Origin: a virus
Reading direction: 5' to 3' (one strand)
Virus record (IMG/VR): IMGVR_UViG_3300022200_000031
Coordinates: 14,848-78,847 of that record
Length of the DNA: 64,000 bases
Of this stretch, positions 46,972 to 55,712 are shown piece after piece. Within the stretch, counting starts at the first letter, position 1; every line of letters begins with the position of its first letter. Both the position numbers and the translations under genes were made by a program. The notes beneath the pieces are model-generated. The model had not been told where the DNA came from and did no database searches. It worked only from the letters and a program-made list of their open reading frames with translations.

Positions 46972-47861
46972 AAATAATGAATGCTACACGTGAGTACGAT
47001 GTCCACATCTGTTACGATATTACACTAGCATGCAACAATAGATGTGAGTACTGCTACTGCCTGGATGACCTTGACAATAAGAAGAAATGGAATGAGGAAA
47101 CATTCCAACTATTCAAACAGGAACTTGCTAAGCTAACAGATTATAGGGTTCGTGTGTCTCTTGTGGGTGGAGAACCCCTAGTAATACATGACAAACTACA
47201 TCGTGTTAAAGAATTACCAATTAGTAGCCTGCAGATCATTAGTAATCTCAACTTCCCCGAAAGAAACTTTGAAAAGATCCTGACCAATGTAGTGGATGTA
47301 AATCCCAACCTACTTGCTGTGTCATGGCACCCATCCTCCAAACTGGATGATGTTAGAAGGAATATCCTGAAGGCAAAAGAGGCTGGTTTAAATGTAGTGA
47401 TATCATATCTACTTGATCAGGATAACCTGGATGAGATCTGGGAGGAGGCACATTGGGCATTGAATAATGAAATCTGGTTTGTTGTAGACATCATACATAC
47501 TAATGGGGAAGATAGATTTAAGGATAAACGAAACGCCAAGTATGTTAAACTACTCCATCTATCCCAGAGACTGCCCGTAGATCTGCAGATCATTGATCCA
47601 CTAACAGTTACTATTGATGAAAGCATCTACGATCAGGTTGATATGATGCTGCTGGATATGAAAGACATCTCTAAGCGATACTACACACAATGTAAACACA
47701 CTGCATTGGATGTACATTATGATGGTAGCTATGATGTACAATGTAGTCATCCATACTCAGGTCATCTGAAGGATGGACTTGAGATCAGAAGCGTGTTTTG
47801 TGACAATCACACATGCGATAAAAATGTTACAACTTATAAGAGACTACTAAGACGTAAATGA
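46968..47861 (+). CDS. Radical SAM protein 6
   Basis: CNNRCEYC, VGGEPL, SWH; C-terminal Cys set. Confidence 0.9.
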   Translation: MKIMNATREYDVHICYDITLACNNRCEYCYCLDDLDNKKKWNEETFQLFKQELAKLTDYRVRVSLVGGEPLVIHDKLHRVKELPISSLQIISNLNFPERNFEKILTNVVDVNPNLLAVSWHPSSKLDDVRRNILKAKEAGLNVVISYLLDQDNLDEIWEEAHWALNNEIWFVVDIIHTNGEDRFKDKRNAKYVKLLHLSQRLPVDLQIIDPLTVTIDESIYDQVDMMLLDMKDISKRYYTQCKHTALDVHYDGSYDVQCSHPYSGHLKDGLEIRSVFCDNHTCDKNVTTYKRLLRRK

Positions 47862-48775
47862 CCAAGATAATGAACGCCCACAATGAATATGTTGTGGACC
47901 TACACTATGATATTACATTGGCATGCAACAACCGTTGTAGTTACTGCTATGCCCTGGATTATCTTGACAACAAGAAGAAGTTTAATGAGGAAACATTTGG
48001 CCAGTTAAAGGAAGCGTTGGTACAGTTCCGGAAAGATAATCCTGAGTACAAGATAAGGCTAACATTGTTGGGCGGTGATCCTTTTGTGATTGAGAACTTT
48101 AGTAGAGTGAAGGAACTTCCTGTTGATAGCGTTGAGATCTTATCCAACCTCAACTTTCCCAAGAGACACATTGATAAGATAATGCCAACTCTGCAGAGCA
48201 TGAAATGTTTTGTCGCTGCATCATGGCATGAATCATCTGATATTGAATTGGTGAAATCAAATGTCCTAAGAATGAAGGGGGAGGGTATTGATATTGGTAT
48301 TTCCTTCCTTCTTGATGATAAGAATCTCCCGTGGGTGTACGAACATGCCCTCTGGGCAATCGGTAATGACATTCCCTTTGATGTGGATATTATACGCGAC
48401 AAAGATAATAATGATTTATTTACTGACACAGATGATGCTCGGTATGGGTCAATGTTAATTAACTCCAGGCGACTACTTGTGTCCTCTGCAGGTGAGGAAG
48501 TGTACAACACTATTGACGATCGTCATTTTAATGTATATGATATGTACAAGTATGATCTAAAGAATATCTCCAGTCAATACTATACAGAATGTAAACTATC
48601 TGCTCTGGCAGTTAGATATGATGGTACAATCAACTCCCAGTGTGGCTACCATTACAAAGATCACATATCTAACGGATTAAAGATCCCCAAAGTTTTTTGT
48701 GATAATAGGACATGCTATTGCAACACCACCACATACAAAAGACTCCTAAGACCAAAAGCGGGTGCCAAGGTATGA
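47858..48775 (+). CDS. Radical SAM protein 7 (paralogue of 6)
   Basis: CNNRCSYC, LGGDPF, SWH; CDNRTCYC. Confidence 0.9.
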   Translation: MTKIMNAHNEYVVDLHYDITLACNNRCSYCYALDYLDNKKKFNEETFGQLKEALVQFRKDNPEYKIRLTLLGGDPFVIENFSRVKELPVDSVEILSNLNFPKRHIDKIMPTLQSMKCFVAASWHESSDIELVKSNVLRMKGEGIDIGISFLLDDKNLPWVYEHALWAIGNDIPFDVDIIRDKDNNDLFTDTDDARYGSMLINSRRLLVSSAGEEVYNTIDDRHFNVYDMYKYDLKNISSQYYTECKLSALAVRYDGTINSQCGYHYKDHISNGLKIPKVFCDNRTCYCNTTTYKRLLRPKAGAKV

Positions 48776-49545
48776 TGCTAGAATGGGAATGCATCCTAGA
48801 GTGCAACTACAAGTGCTCATATTGCTGTAGGTTTAATGGACCGGCTGGTGTGACTGGTCCTATACGATACGAGAAGGATAAGGAGAAGGTTTTTGCTTTC
48901 CTTAGTAATCTGAAAGAAAAGTATCCAGACTCAGAGTTGTTTGTCTTTGGTGGGGAACCTTTCGTTCATCCATTCATTGAGGATATTGTTGCTCATCTTA
49001 ATAGAATACAGATGCCATTTGTTATACAATCTAATTTCACATTATATGAAAGGATGTATAATCTACTAAAGAAGGAAAACTATCCCCTACAGATATCTCT
49101 TCATCCAGATGATATACAGGATGAGGAAGAGATGCTCAGACAGCTGGCAGTGTTTGCTGATCACATTAGACGAATAGATGTAATGTATACTGGTCGGCAG
49201 GCCCTGGATCTTTACAAGAAGATTCTACCGGTGATAGGCAACAACAAACATAAACTATACATTGCTCCTGTTGCTGACTTTGAGATGGATGCTGGGATGA
49301 ATGAGCATCTATATGACTTCAACCGATTGAAGAAAGATAGTGTAATGGGTAGAGTGTATAACTTTGAAGATGGTGAGCGTAGTTTCATTTGGGAAGACCA
49401 GATGAAAGGCTCATTCTCCCTCAAAGGAAAACCATGCCCTTATATTGGAAAGTATATTATGTATGATCCTCAGCTGAATGGATATAGCTGCAACTACAGA
49501 CAGAATAACGACATATGTCCCAACAATCATTGTTTCTTGGCCTAG
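48772..49545 (+). CDS. Radical SAM protein 8
   Basis: CNYKCSYC, FGGEPF, SLHP; KGKPC...SC...CPNNHC. Confidence 0.9.
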   Translation: MMLEWECILECNYKCSYCCRFNGPAGVTGPIRYEKDKEKVFAFLSNLKEKYPDSELFVFGGEPFVHPFIEDIVAHLNRIQMPFVIQSNFTLYERMYNLLKKENYPLQISLHPDDIQDEEEMLRQLAVFADHIRRIDVMYTGRQALDLYKKILPVIGNNKHKLYIAPVADFEMDAGMNEHLYDFNRLKKDSVMGRVYNFEDGERSFIWEDQMKGSFSLKGKPCPYIGKYIMYDPQLNGYSCNYRQNNDICPNNHCFLA

Positions 49546-49552
49546 GTAAGAT

Positions 49553-50413
49553 ATGAAACTACACATTAGAATTGCAGGTGCATACTCTCACTATAACAAA
49601 CTTCTGCCAATGGCAATGAAGTTTCGTGGGAAGGCTAACCTTACTGTATATGATGGAATCAATCTATGTAGGTGGAACGGTGGAAGAATCAATCGGGAGG
49701 TATTTGACTCTGAGCAGCAGAAGCAGGCATATGAGAATCTTGGAGTGAACTTTGCATTTGTGTTCTCCAACCCAACAATTGATCTAAACGACCCTGTTGG
49801 TAATGATATACTAGAAAGGTATCATAGAGAAGGCAACTCTATTATTCTGCAGAACTATGATCTCCTAGAATATGTACGCACAAAGTTTCCATTGTATCAA
49901 ACAGTTTTTTCTATTACTGGACATCCAGGAGGAGTAGTTAAAGATCCTACTAACTACTACCAGCAGCTCGAGAGACACTTTGATATAATTGTACCTAAGC
50001 TAGAACACAATATGGTGATTGAACAATACACAGATGATGTTAGTAAGTATGAGTTACTGATTAACGATGATTGTGTGTATAATTGTCCTGTTTGGCGAAA
50101 ACACTTTGATGCTATTGCCCAGAAAAACACAGAAGGATTGATCTACAGTAGTGATCTAGAATCAGTAGAAGAATGCTGGCTGCCGAAAACTATATTTGAT
50201 CCCAGTGTTGGTGATACGAAGATGATGAAGGAGCTTGGTATTGAGTTTGGAATGAGTCTAACGAAAGAGCACCTGAAGAATAGAATGCAGGTTGGTATCA
50301 ACAAATTCAAACTCAGTGGTAGGGAGTTTGGAACACACTCTCCTACATATGAGAGCTACCTGCAAAGTTTGATAGAGATGATAGATGATGCAAAAGATTA
50401 TATGTACAAATGA
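49553..50413 (+). CDS. Peptidase U32-like (Fe-S) protein
   Basis: YELLINDDCVYNCP...H...C and FKLSGRE, resembling the U32 KIxGR motif. Confidence 0.6.
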   Translation: MKLHIRIAGAYSHYNKLLPMAMKFRGKANLTVYDGINLCRWNGGRINREVFDSEQQKQAYENLGVNFAFVFSNPTIDLNDPVGNDILERYHREGNSIILQNYDLLEYVRTKFPLYQTVFSITGHPGGVVKDPTNYYQQLERHFDIIVPKLEHNMVIEQYTDDVSKYELLINDDCVYNCPVWRKHFDAIAQKNTEGLIYSSDLESVEECWLPKTIFDPSVGDTKMMKELGIEFGMSLTKEHLKNRMQVGINKFKLSGREFGTHSPTYESYLQSLIEMIDDAKDYMYK

Positions 50414-51308
50414 CTTTATGGATGACTACACCTATGTTGAGTTTGAGGTGTTTACATCCTGTAACAAGTCCTGTGATTACTGCTACAATCTTCTCCAGCA
50501 TCCGAAGAGATTTCATAACACCTATGATGGTCTGATTAGTATCCTTGATAGGATTATGCAATCGGATAATAAGAGAGTGGTTATTGGAATGATTGGTGGT
50601 GAACCATTCATTCATAAGAGATTCAATGATGTAGTTAATCACATCTATGACAACTGCGATCCAATGCATAAACTGCAAACATTTACTCATGGGGATCATA
50701 AGCCAGCATTCCATAAGAATAGAATAGACAACCTAGCTAAGTTTGGGGATCGTGTTAAGTTGACTACTTCGATTCACTATGACTATATTGACTATGACAA
50801 CTTTGCAAAGAACCTCGAGTACACAGATTCCAAATTAAAGTACAATGTTCTCAGTACTATGGTCGGAGACAATATTGCGGATCGCATAGATCTTCTTGAT
50901 GATCTGATGGCACGCACTAAGAATACCACTCTTCATCTATTTGTGGATGATAGAGAGGAGCAGGACTACATCCAGCTACTCAAAAGGTATAATCAATATC
51001 AGACCATAATGAGTAGATACACAGAACGGATGGATAACTACTATCTTGTTGATGAAAAAAAGATCCCATGGAATGTTGCCAAAATGCAAATTATCAAGGA
51101 TAATGGGTTTGTATTTACTGGTAGGAAATGTACTCCTACCTATTATGAGGTAATGCAGGATGGATCTGTATACCAGGAATGTAACAGAGGATGCCTAGGC
51201 AACGTGTATGACAGCAATGAATTATTCAATGTGAGATCATTTCCATGTGATATTCATCGCTGCCCACCGAACCTATCAAAAATTTATGTTGAAAAAACAG
51301 ATACTTGA
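50385..51308 (+). CDS. Radical SAM protein 9
   Basis: CNKSCDYC, IGGEPF, SIH; FTGRKC...EC...CDIHRCP. Confidence 0.9.
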   Translation: MMQKIICTNDFMDDYTYVEFEVFTSCNKSCDYCYNLLQHPKRFHNTYDGLISILDRIMQSDNKRVVIGMIGGEPFIHKRFNDVVNHIYDNCDPMHKLQTFTHGDHKPAFHKNRIDNLAKFGDRVKLTTSIHYDYIDYDNFAKNLEYTDSKLKYNVLSTMVGDNIADRIDLLDDLMARTKNTTLHLFVDDREEQDYIQLLKRYNQYQTIMSRYTERMDNYYLVDEKKIPWNVAKMQIIKDNGFVFTGRKCTPTYYEVMQDGSVYQECNRGCLGNVYDSNELFNVRSFPCDIHRCPPNLSKIYVEKTDT

Positions 51309-51990
51309 ATACTCATATAAGCAGGGACTTTCACATATTCCCTCTGCTTTGTCTATGTGTACCTATGTCGAATGTATCTTTCGTGGTCGATATGTTACCC
51401 CTGAAGATGCAATCATAATTGGAAAGCCTTTTGGTGCTCAGATGTATTATCTCCTATGGAAGGATCTTGGGTACCTGGACAACATTGAGCAGCTATCAAT
51501 GGGTGTGAAATCAGAAGAGATTCCTTTTGTTGACTACTCAGAGGAAACAATGGGAAATGCTCTTGGTGTGGCTGCTGGGATTGGACTATCTTCTGATAGG
51601 AATATCTGGGTGAACATCTCAGACGCTACCCTGCAGATGGGAAACACACTAGAGGCCATTCAGTTTATTGGACACAACCAGATTCCAATGCTCGTGACCG
51701 TGGACTTTAATGAGACTCAGGTGACAGGATATACAGGAGACATTATTCCTGTACTTCCCATATATGAAATGGCTCGTGGATACGGTTGGGATGTGGATAT
51801 TGTAATAGGCAATAGCGATATGCATGTAGATACTGCCCTGACTCTCACCAATCCTAAAAAGCCAACGATTATCTTTATGAGAACAGTCAAGGGGTCTGGT
51901 GTACCAGAAATGGAAGCAGATCCTTTTGGATGGCACTACAGAAAGATAGAATCAGAGGAACAGCTACAATCAATGGTACGGGGATTATGA
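51286..51990 (+). CDS. Transketolase N-terminal (ThDP-binding) subunit
   Basis: SHIPSALS, GNALGVAAG, SDATLQMG..EA...VDFNETQ, TVKGSGV..ME...WHY. Confidence 0.85.
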   Translation: MLKKQILEYSYKQGLSHIPSALSMCTYVECIFRGRYVTPEDAIIIGKPFGAQMYYLLWKDLGYLDNIEQLSMGVKSEEIPFVDYSEETMGNALGVAAGIGLSSDRNIWVNISDATLQMGNTLEAIQFIGHNQIPMLVTVDFNETQVTGYTGDIIPVLPIYEMARGYGWDVDIVIGNSDMHVDTALTLTNPKKPTIIFMRTVKGSGVPEMEADPFGWHYRKIESEEQLQSMVRGL

Positions 51991-52454
51991 GACAGACACT
52001 ACATAAGTTCTTGCACCGCTACAAAAAGGCAACTCTTCTCCATTGTGATATGTGGAAGTGGAATGGTGACTATCAAACCATCAATTGTGGTGTTGGTGAA
52101 CCAAATATGGTCAACGTTGCTGCTGGCATGGCATCGCAGGGAAAACAGGTAGTGATTTATGGGGTGGCTGGATTCGTCATATATAAAGCGTACGAGCAAA
52201 TCAAACTAAACATCAAGGGATGGGCAGAGCATCATGGATCGATTGTATTTGTTAATGCTGGTCATAACGGGTGTTACGATGTATGTGGTCGCGGACATCT
52301 TGTGTACGATGATTACAAGCTGATGGATGCATTGGACATTCCTCTATACGATCCAATGAATAGAAAGACATTTGTTCGTGATTTGAAAGATGGGTTGAAG
52401 AGACCCGGAGTTAGATTTATCCGTTTAGGATGGGATGGTGAAAGGTGGATGTAG
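51987..52454 (+). CDS. Transketolase pyrimidine-binding subunit (short)
   Basis: INCGVGEPNMVNVAAGMA..G, AYEQIK, FIRL. Confidence 0.85.
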   Translation: MRQTLHKFLHRYKKATLLHCDMWKWNGDYQTINCGVGEPNMVNVAAGMASQGKQVVIYGVAGFVIYKAYEQIKLNIKGWAEHHGSIVFVNAGHNGCYDVCGRGHLVYDDYKLMDALDIPLYDPMNRKTFVRDLKDGLKRPGVRFIRLGWDGERWM

Positions 52455-53056
52455 TAGTTACAGGTGCAACTGGATTTATTGGTACACACTTATGCAGTGC
52501 TCTCAAGAGTCAGGGCCATAATGTTATTGAGATGGGTCGTTATTATACACGAGTGAAATGTGACCGTGTATATCATTTGGGCGGTCCATCCACATCAGAA
52601 TACATTAACAGTAATCCGGCCGGGATTATTGATATTACTGTTGATAAGACACGCGAAGCATTGGCAATATGTCCCGATGCTCTATTTGTCTATGCATCCA
52701 GCAAGGGAGCAGAACAATTAACTGTTGACAATACACCTCAGATGGGATATAATACCGCTAAGAGATTAATGGAAATTTATCTACAGTACAGTGGGGTGGA
52801 TCATAAAGTCTACCGACTGCCATCTGTCTACGGAGAAGGGATGCATAATGATATGTTCATAAAGAGGTGTATCGATGGAAATGCAACAGCACCTAGCGAT
52901 CCTGATAAAGTACATTATATTGGTCATGTTAATGATATTGTGGATTCACTGGTCAGACTAGAACCAATGAAAGTTGAAATGATTACACTTGGAGAAATAT
53001 ATGAAAGTTTTGGTTCTGGGCGGCGCGGGCTTCATAGGTCGGCACCTATCGGCTAG
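52445..53056 (+). CDS. NAD-dependent epimerase/dehydratase (SDR)
   Basis: VTGATGFIG, YASS, YNTAK, RLPSVYG. Confidence 0.88.
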   Translation: MDVVVTGATGFIGTHLCSALKSQGHNVIEMGRYYTRVKCDRVYHLGGPSTSEYINSNPAGIIDITVDKTREALAICPDALFVYASSKGAEQLTVDNTPQMGYNTAKRLMEIYLQYSGVDHKVYRLPSVYGEGMHNDMFIKRCIDGNATAPSDPDKVHYIGHVNDIVDSLVRLEPMKVEMITLGEIYESFGSGRRGLHRSAPIG

Positions 53057-53909
53057 GATAAAGGATATCGGTGGTGAGGTTACTATTATCGACAACCTCG
53101 ATACCTCACATGGACATGGACTAGAAGAGTATAACTTTGTAAATGCCGACCTAAGAACCATTGATGAAAAGCTATTAGAGGATCTTTGCCGTGAGGCTGA
53201 CATCGTATACCATCTTGCAGGATCAGTTGGCGTTGAGTTGGGGGATAAGGAACCAAAGCGTACTCTATACAACAATGTGGAACTGATGTTAAAGATCATG
53301 CCTATCTTCGAACGGGCAGGTACTCATGTTGTATTTGCCTCCACATCAGAGATTTATGGTAATGGTCCAACATTTAATGAAGATGACTCTGCTGGAATTG
53401 GACCATCAAAATACACACGATGGGGATATTCTACTACTAAACTTCTATCTGAGTTCATGTTTCGTGTATCAGATATCCCATATAATCTCATTCGTTTCTT
53501 CAATATTGTTGGTCCTGGCCAACTACCAGACTATGGAATGGTACTCCCCCGCTTCGTGGATGCCGTGAAGAACAATCGATCTCCTCTGGTTCATGGGGAT
53601 GGTTCGCAGATTCGTTCATTCTGTCATATTAATGATGCGGTTGAGATGCTACTGCGAGTTAAGGAACATCCCGGTGAGTTGTTTAATATTGGGAACTCCA
53701 ACAACGCTATAAGCATGAGTGATTTGGCTCATAAAGTTATTGAGGTTGCCAAAAGTGATGTTTTGGTGGAATATGTGCCATACGGTGATGTGTTTAGTGA
53801 AAGGTTTGAGGATATTATGTACAGAGTACCCGATACAACCAAGATCAATCATATGACTGGCTATGTACCAAAGTACACTTTAGATGATATAATTGAGAGT
53901 ATGTTATGA
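53001..53909 (+). CDS. NAD-dependent epimerase / UDP-glucuronate decarboxylase-like SDR
   Basis: GGAGFIG, ASTSEIYG, WGYSTTK, RFFNIVGP, GDGSQIRSFC. Confidence 0.9.
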   Translation: MKVLVLGGAGFIGRHLSARIKDIGGEVTIIDNLDTSHGHGLEEYNFVNADLRTIDEKLLEDLCREADIVYHLAGSVGVELGDKEPKRTLYNNVELMLKIMPIFERAGTHVVFASTSEIYGNGPTFNEDDSAGIGPSKYTRWGYSTTKLLSEFMFRVSDIPYNLIRFFNIVGPGQLPDYGMVLPRFVDAVKNNRSPLVHGDGSQIRSFCHINDAVEMLLRVKEHPGELFNIGNSNNAISMSDLAHKVIEVAKSDVLVEYVPYGDVFSERFEDIMYRVPDTTKINHMTGYVPKYTLDDIIESML

Positions 53910-54565
53910 GTAAAATTCTATTTGTTTTTGCACACCCCGATGATGAAGCATATGGTCCAGCAGGCACGATTGCCAAGTTGGCAGAAGACCATGAGGTAAC
54001 AGTGGTCAGTATGTGCCGCGGAAATCGTCCGGGGCATGAAGAAGTGTGTGATTCACGCAAACAGGCGTTTCAGAAGTCATGTGAGACATTGGGTGCAACA
54101 CCTATTATGTTTGAGTATTCTGACTGTAAGTTAGACTATGATGAAACCCTCAAGCGTATAGAGGAACTGGTTGAGAAGATCCAACCAAAAGTTGTCTATA
54201 CTCATAGCAATACAGATATTCATAAGGACCACCGATTGGTAGCTGAGTGCACTATGGTTGCATGCCGACCAAAGCCTCAGTCCTCTGTTAATGCATTGTA
54301 TATGTGTGAACTCCCAGCAGCAACAGACTGGTCATTCAATCAATTCAATAATGGGTTTAAGCCAAATGTATATAAGGATGTCTCCAACTACATTTGGAAA
54401 AAGCAGCAGGTGATGGGATTGTATGCTACCGAGACCTATAACTATCCTGATGCTCGTTCTATCGAGGCAATGGAAGCGTTAGCTATGCATCGTGGGAAGC
54501 AGGTTGGGATGCATCGTGCAGAAGCGTTTCAATTGGTATTCTCTCATGACCGTGGAATTCAGTAA
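53906..54565 (+). CDS. PIG-L/LmbE-family N-deacetylase
   Basis: AHPDDE and THS..D.HKDH motifs. Confidence 0.9.
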   Translation: MSKILFVFAHPDDEAYGPAGTIAKLAEDHEVTVVSMCRGNRPGHEEVCDSRKQAFQKSCETLGATPIMFEYSDCKLDYDETLKRIEELVEKIQPKVVYTHSNTDIHKDHRLVAECTMVACRPKPQSSVNALYMCELPAATDWSFNQFNNGFKPNVYKDVSNYIWKKQQVMGLYATETYNYPDARSIEAMEALAMHRGKQVGMHRAEAFQLVFSHDRGIQ

Positions 54566-55064
54566 ACCCTTGCTTCTCTAGGATCAGTTTATATAACCCA
54601 TACGGGTCCTCATTATAAGGAAAACAGAACTGGGTTGGTCTGTAGTTGAGATTTGAATCAAACCAGGCCAGCATCAGTTCTGTATCCATCTTCATATGAT
54701 AAATCTTGTCAACAATAGAGTCCAATTGATCTAATCTTTTATGATTATGTGAATGGCCGCCAATAGTGGTGTATGGGTCATTCATTAGATCTCTGACCTG
54801 TTCTAGGTTCATGTAGTTACTCTTGTCCCCAGCGAATGCTTTCTGATGAGCCTCCCTGCAGGTAATGAATTCTGCCGATTGAGTTCCCATGGCCAGAATA
54901 TTGGTTGAGATGAAATATATCTTTGGCGTCTTGAATTTTTGGAATTCTTTTCGATATAAGTACTGGGTATACAATCCATCATCGAACGTCAGCACATAAT
55001 TCTCAAGGGGAAGATCGAACATCTTCTCGTCAACTTCATGAATCATTAGCACTGGTTTGTTCAT
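54483..55064 (-). CDS. Polysaccharide deacetylase (NodB/CE4)
   Basis: LTFDDG, GHSHNH, FCFPY. Confidence 0.88.
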   Translation of the reverse strand: MNKPVLMIHEVDEKMFDLPLENYVLTFDDGLYTQYLYRKEFQKFKTPKIYFISTNILAMGTQSAEFITCREAHQKAFAGDKSNYMNLEQVRDLMNDPYTTIGGHSHNHKRLDQLDSIVDKIYHMKMDTELMLAWFDSNLNYRPTQFCFPYNEDPYGLYKLILEKQGFTEFHGHERIPIETLLHDASQPASHDA

Positions 55065-55082
55065 TTTAGAGCTTCCAATTGT

Positions 55083-55114
55083 TATAAATACCTCATAGCT
55101 ACAAGTTATTTATG
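55083..55114. promoter_or_regulatory. Pair of late promoters on opposite strands
   Basis: TATAAATA on + at 55083-55090; CATAAATA on - at 55107-55114. Confidence 0.7.
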
Positions 55115-55122
55115 GAGCACGA

Positions 55123-55485
55123 ATGGCTGTTTACGCAAATCTAGTAATTGATCGGGGGACGGACTACTTCTCAACAATTAATGTTGAGGGTTCTAATGGC
55201 GTTCCTTATGACCTAACTGATTACTTTGCAAGAGGATCAATTAGTAAGGCATACAATTCAGTGGCCCCTACAGCTTCTTTTCTCTTAACTATTAGCAACC
55301 CAACAAAGGGTGAGATCAACATGGAGTTGCCAAACTCCGTCACCTCATCCATGAAACCAGGTCGCTATGTGTACGACATTGAAATCTATAAGATGGTACC
55401 AGATGGATTTGGTGGCTCAATTCCTGATGATATCGTGCGAGTAGTTGAAGGTCAGGTCGAAGTAACCCCAAGAGCAAAGTACTGA
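55123..55485 (+). CDS. Conserved virion structural protein
   Basis: MAVYANLVIDRGTD...GRYVYDIE...RVVEG.V.VTP. Confidence 0.75.
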   Translation: MAVYANLVIDRGTDYFSTINVEGSNGVPYDLTDYFARGSISKAYNSVAPTASFLLTISNPTKGEINMELPNSVTSSMKPGRYVYDIEIYKMVPDGFGGSIPDDIVRVVEGQVEVTPRAKY

Positions 55486-55493
55486 GGTAATAT

Positions 55494-55712
55494 ATGGCCG
55501 ATCGAATTAAAGCCACTATAAATAAAAGAGTAAAAGTTCAGGCTCGTACCATCGAAGTAGGTACGGGTTTCCAACTTACAGACTTAACGGACGTTGATGC
55601 AAGCAATCTAGATAACGGTGCCATGCTTATCTATGATTTGTCTGTGCAGAAATGGATTATAACAAATAGGATCTCGAATCCTGACCTTAGAATTATCGGA
55701 GGCAGCTTCTAA
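55494..55712 (+). CDS. Small structural protein
   Basis: LTDLTDVD...GAMLIYD...KW fibre-type repeat. Confidence 0.65.
   Translation: MADRIKATINKRVKVQARTIEVGTGFQLTDLTDVDASNLDNGAMLIYDLSVQKWIITNRISNPDLRIIGGSF
55517..55524 (+). promoter_or_regulatory. T4 late promoter
   Basis: TATAAATA upstream of the 55712 gene. Confidence 0.65.

Noticed and set aside
47959-48510. 183 aa minus-strand ORF
   Set aside because: It is an antisense shadow of radical SAM 7
51286-52454. Frameshifted transketolase pseudogene
   Set aside because: The halves are joined by an ATGA overlap at the natural domain boundary, typical of two-subunit transketolases
37049-55064. 7-deazaguanine or other DNA hypermodification cluster
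   Set aside because: No recognisable FolE, QueC, QueD, DpdA or hydroxymethylase genes, and the context is late and structural; not fully excluded without nucleoside analysis
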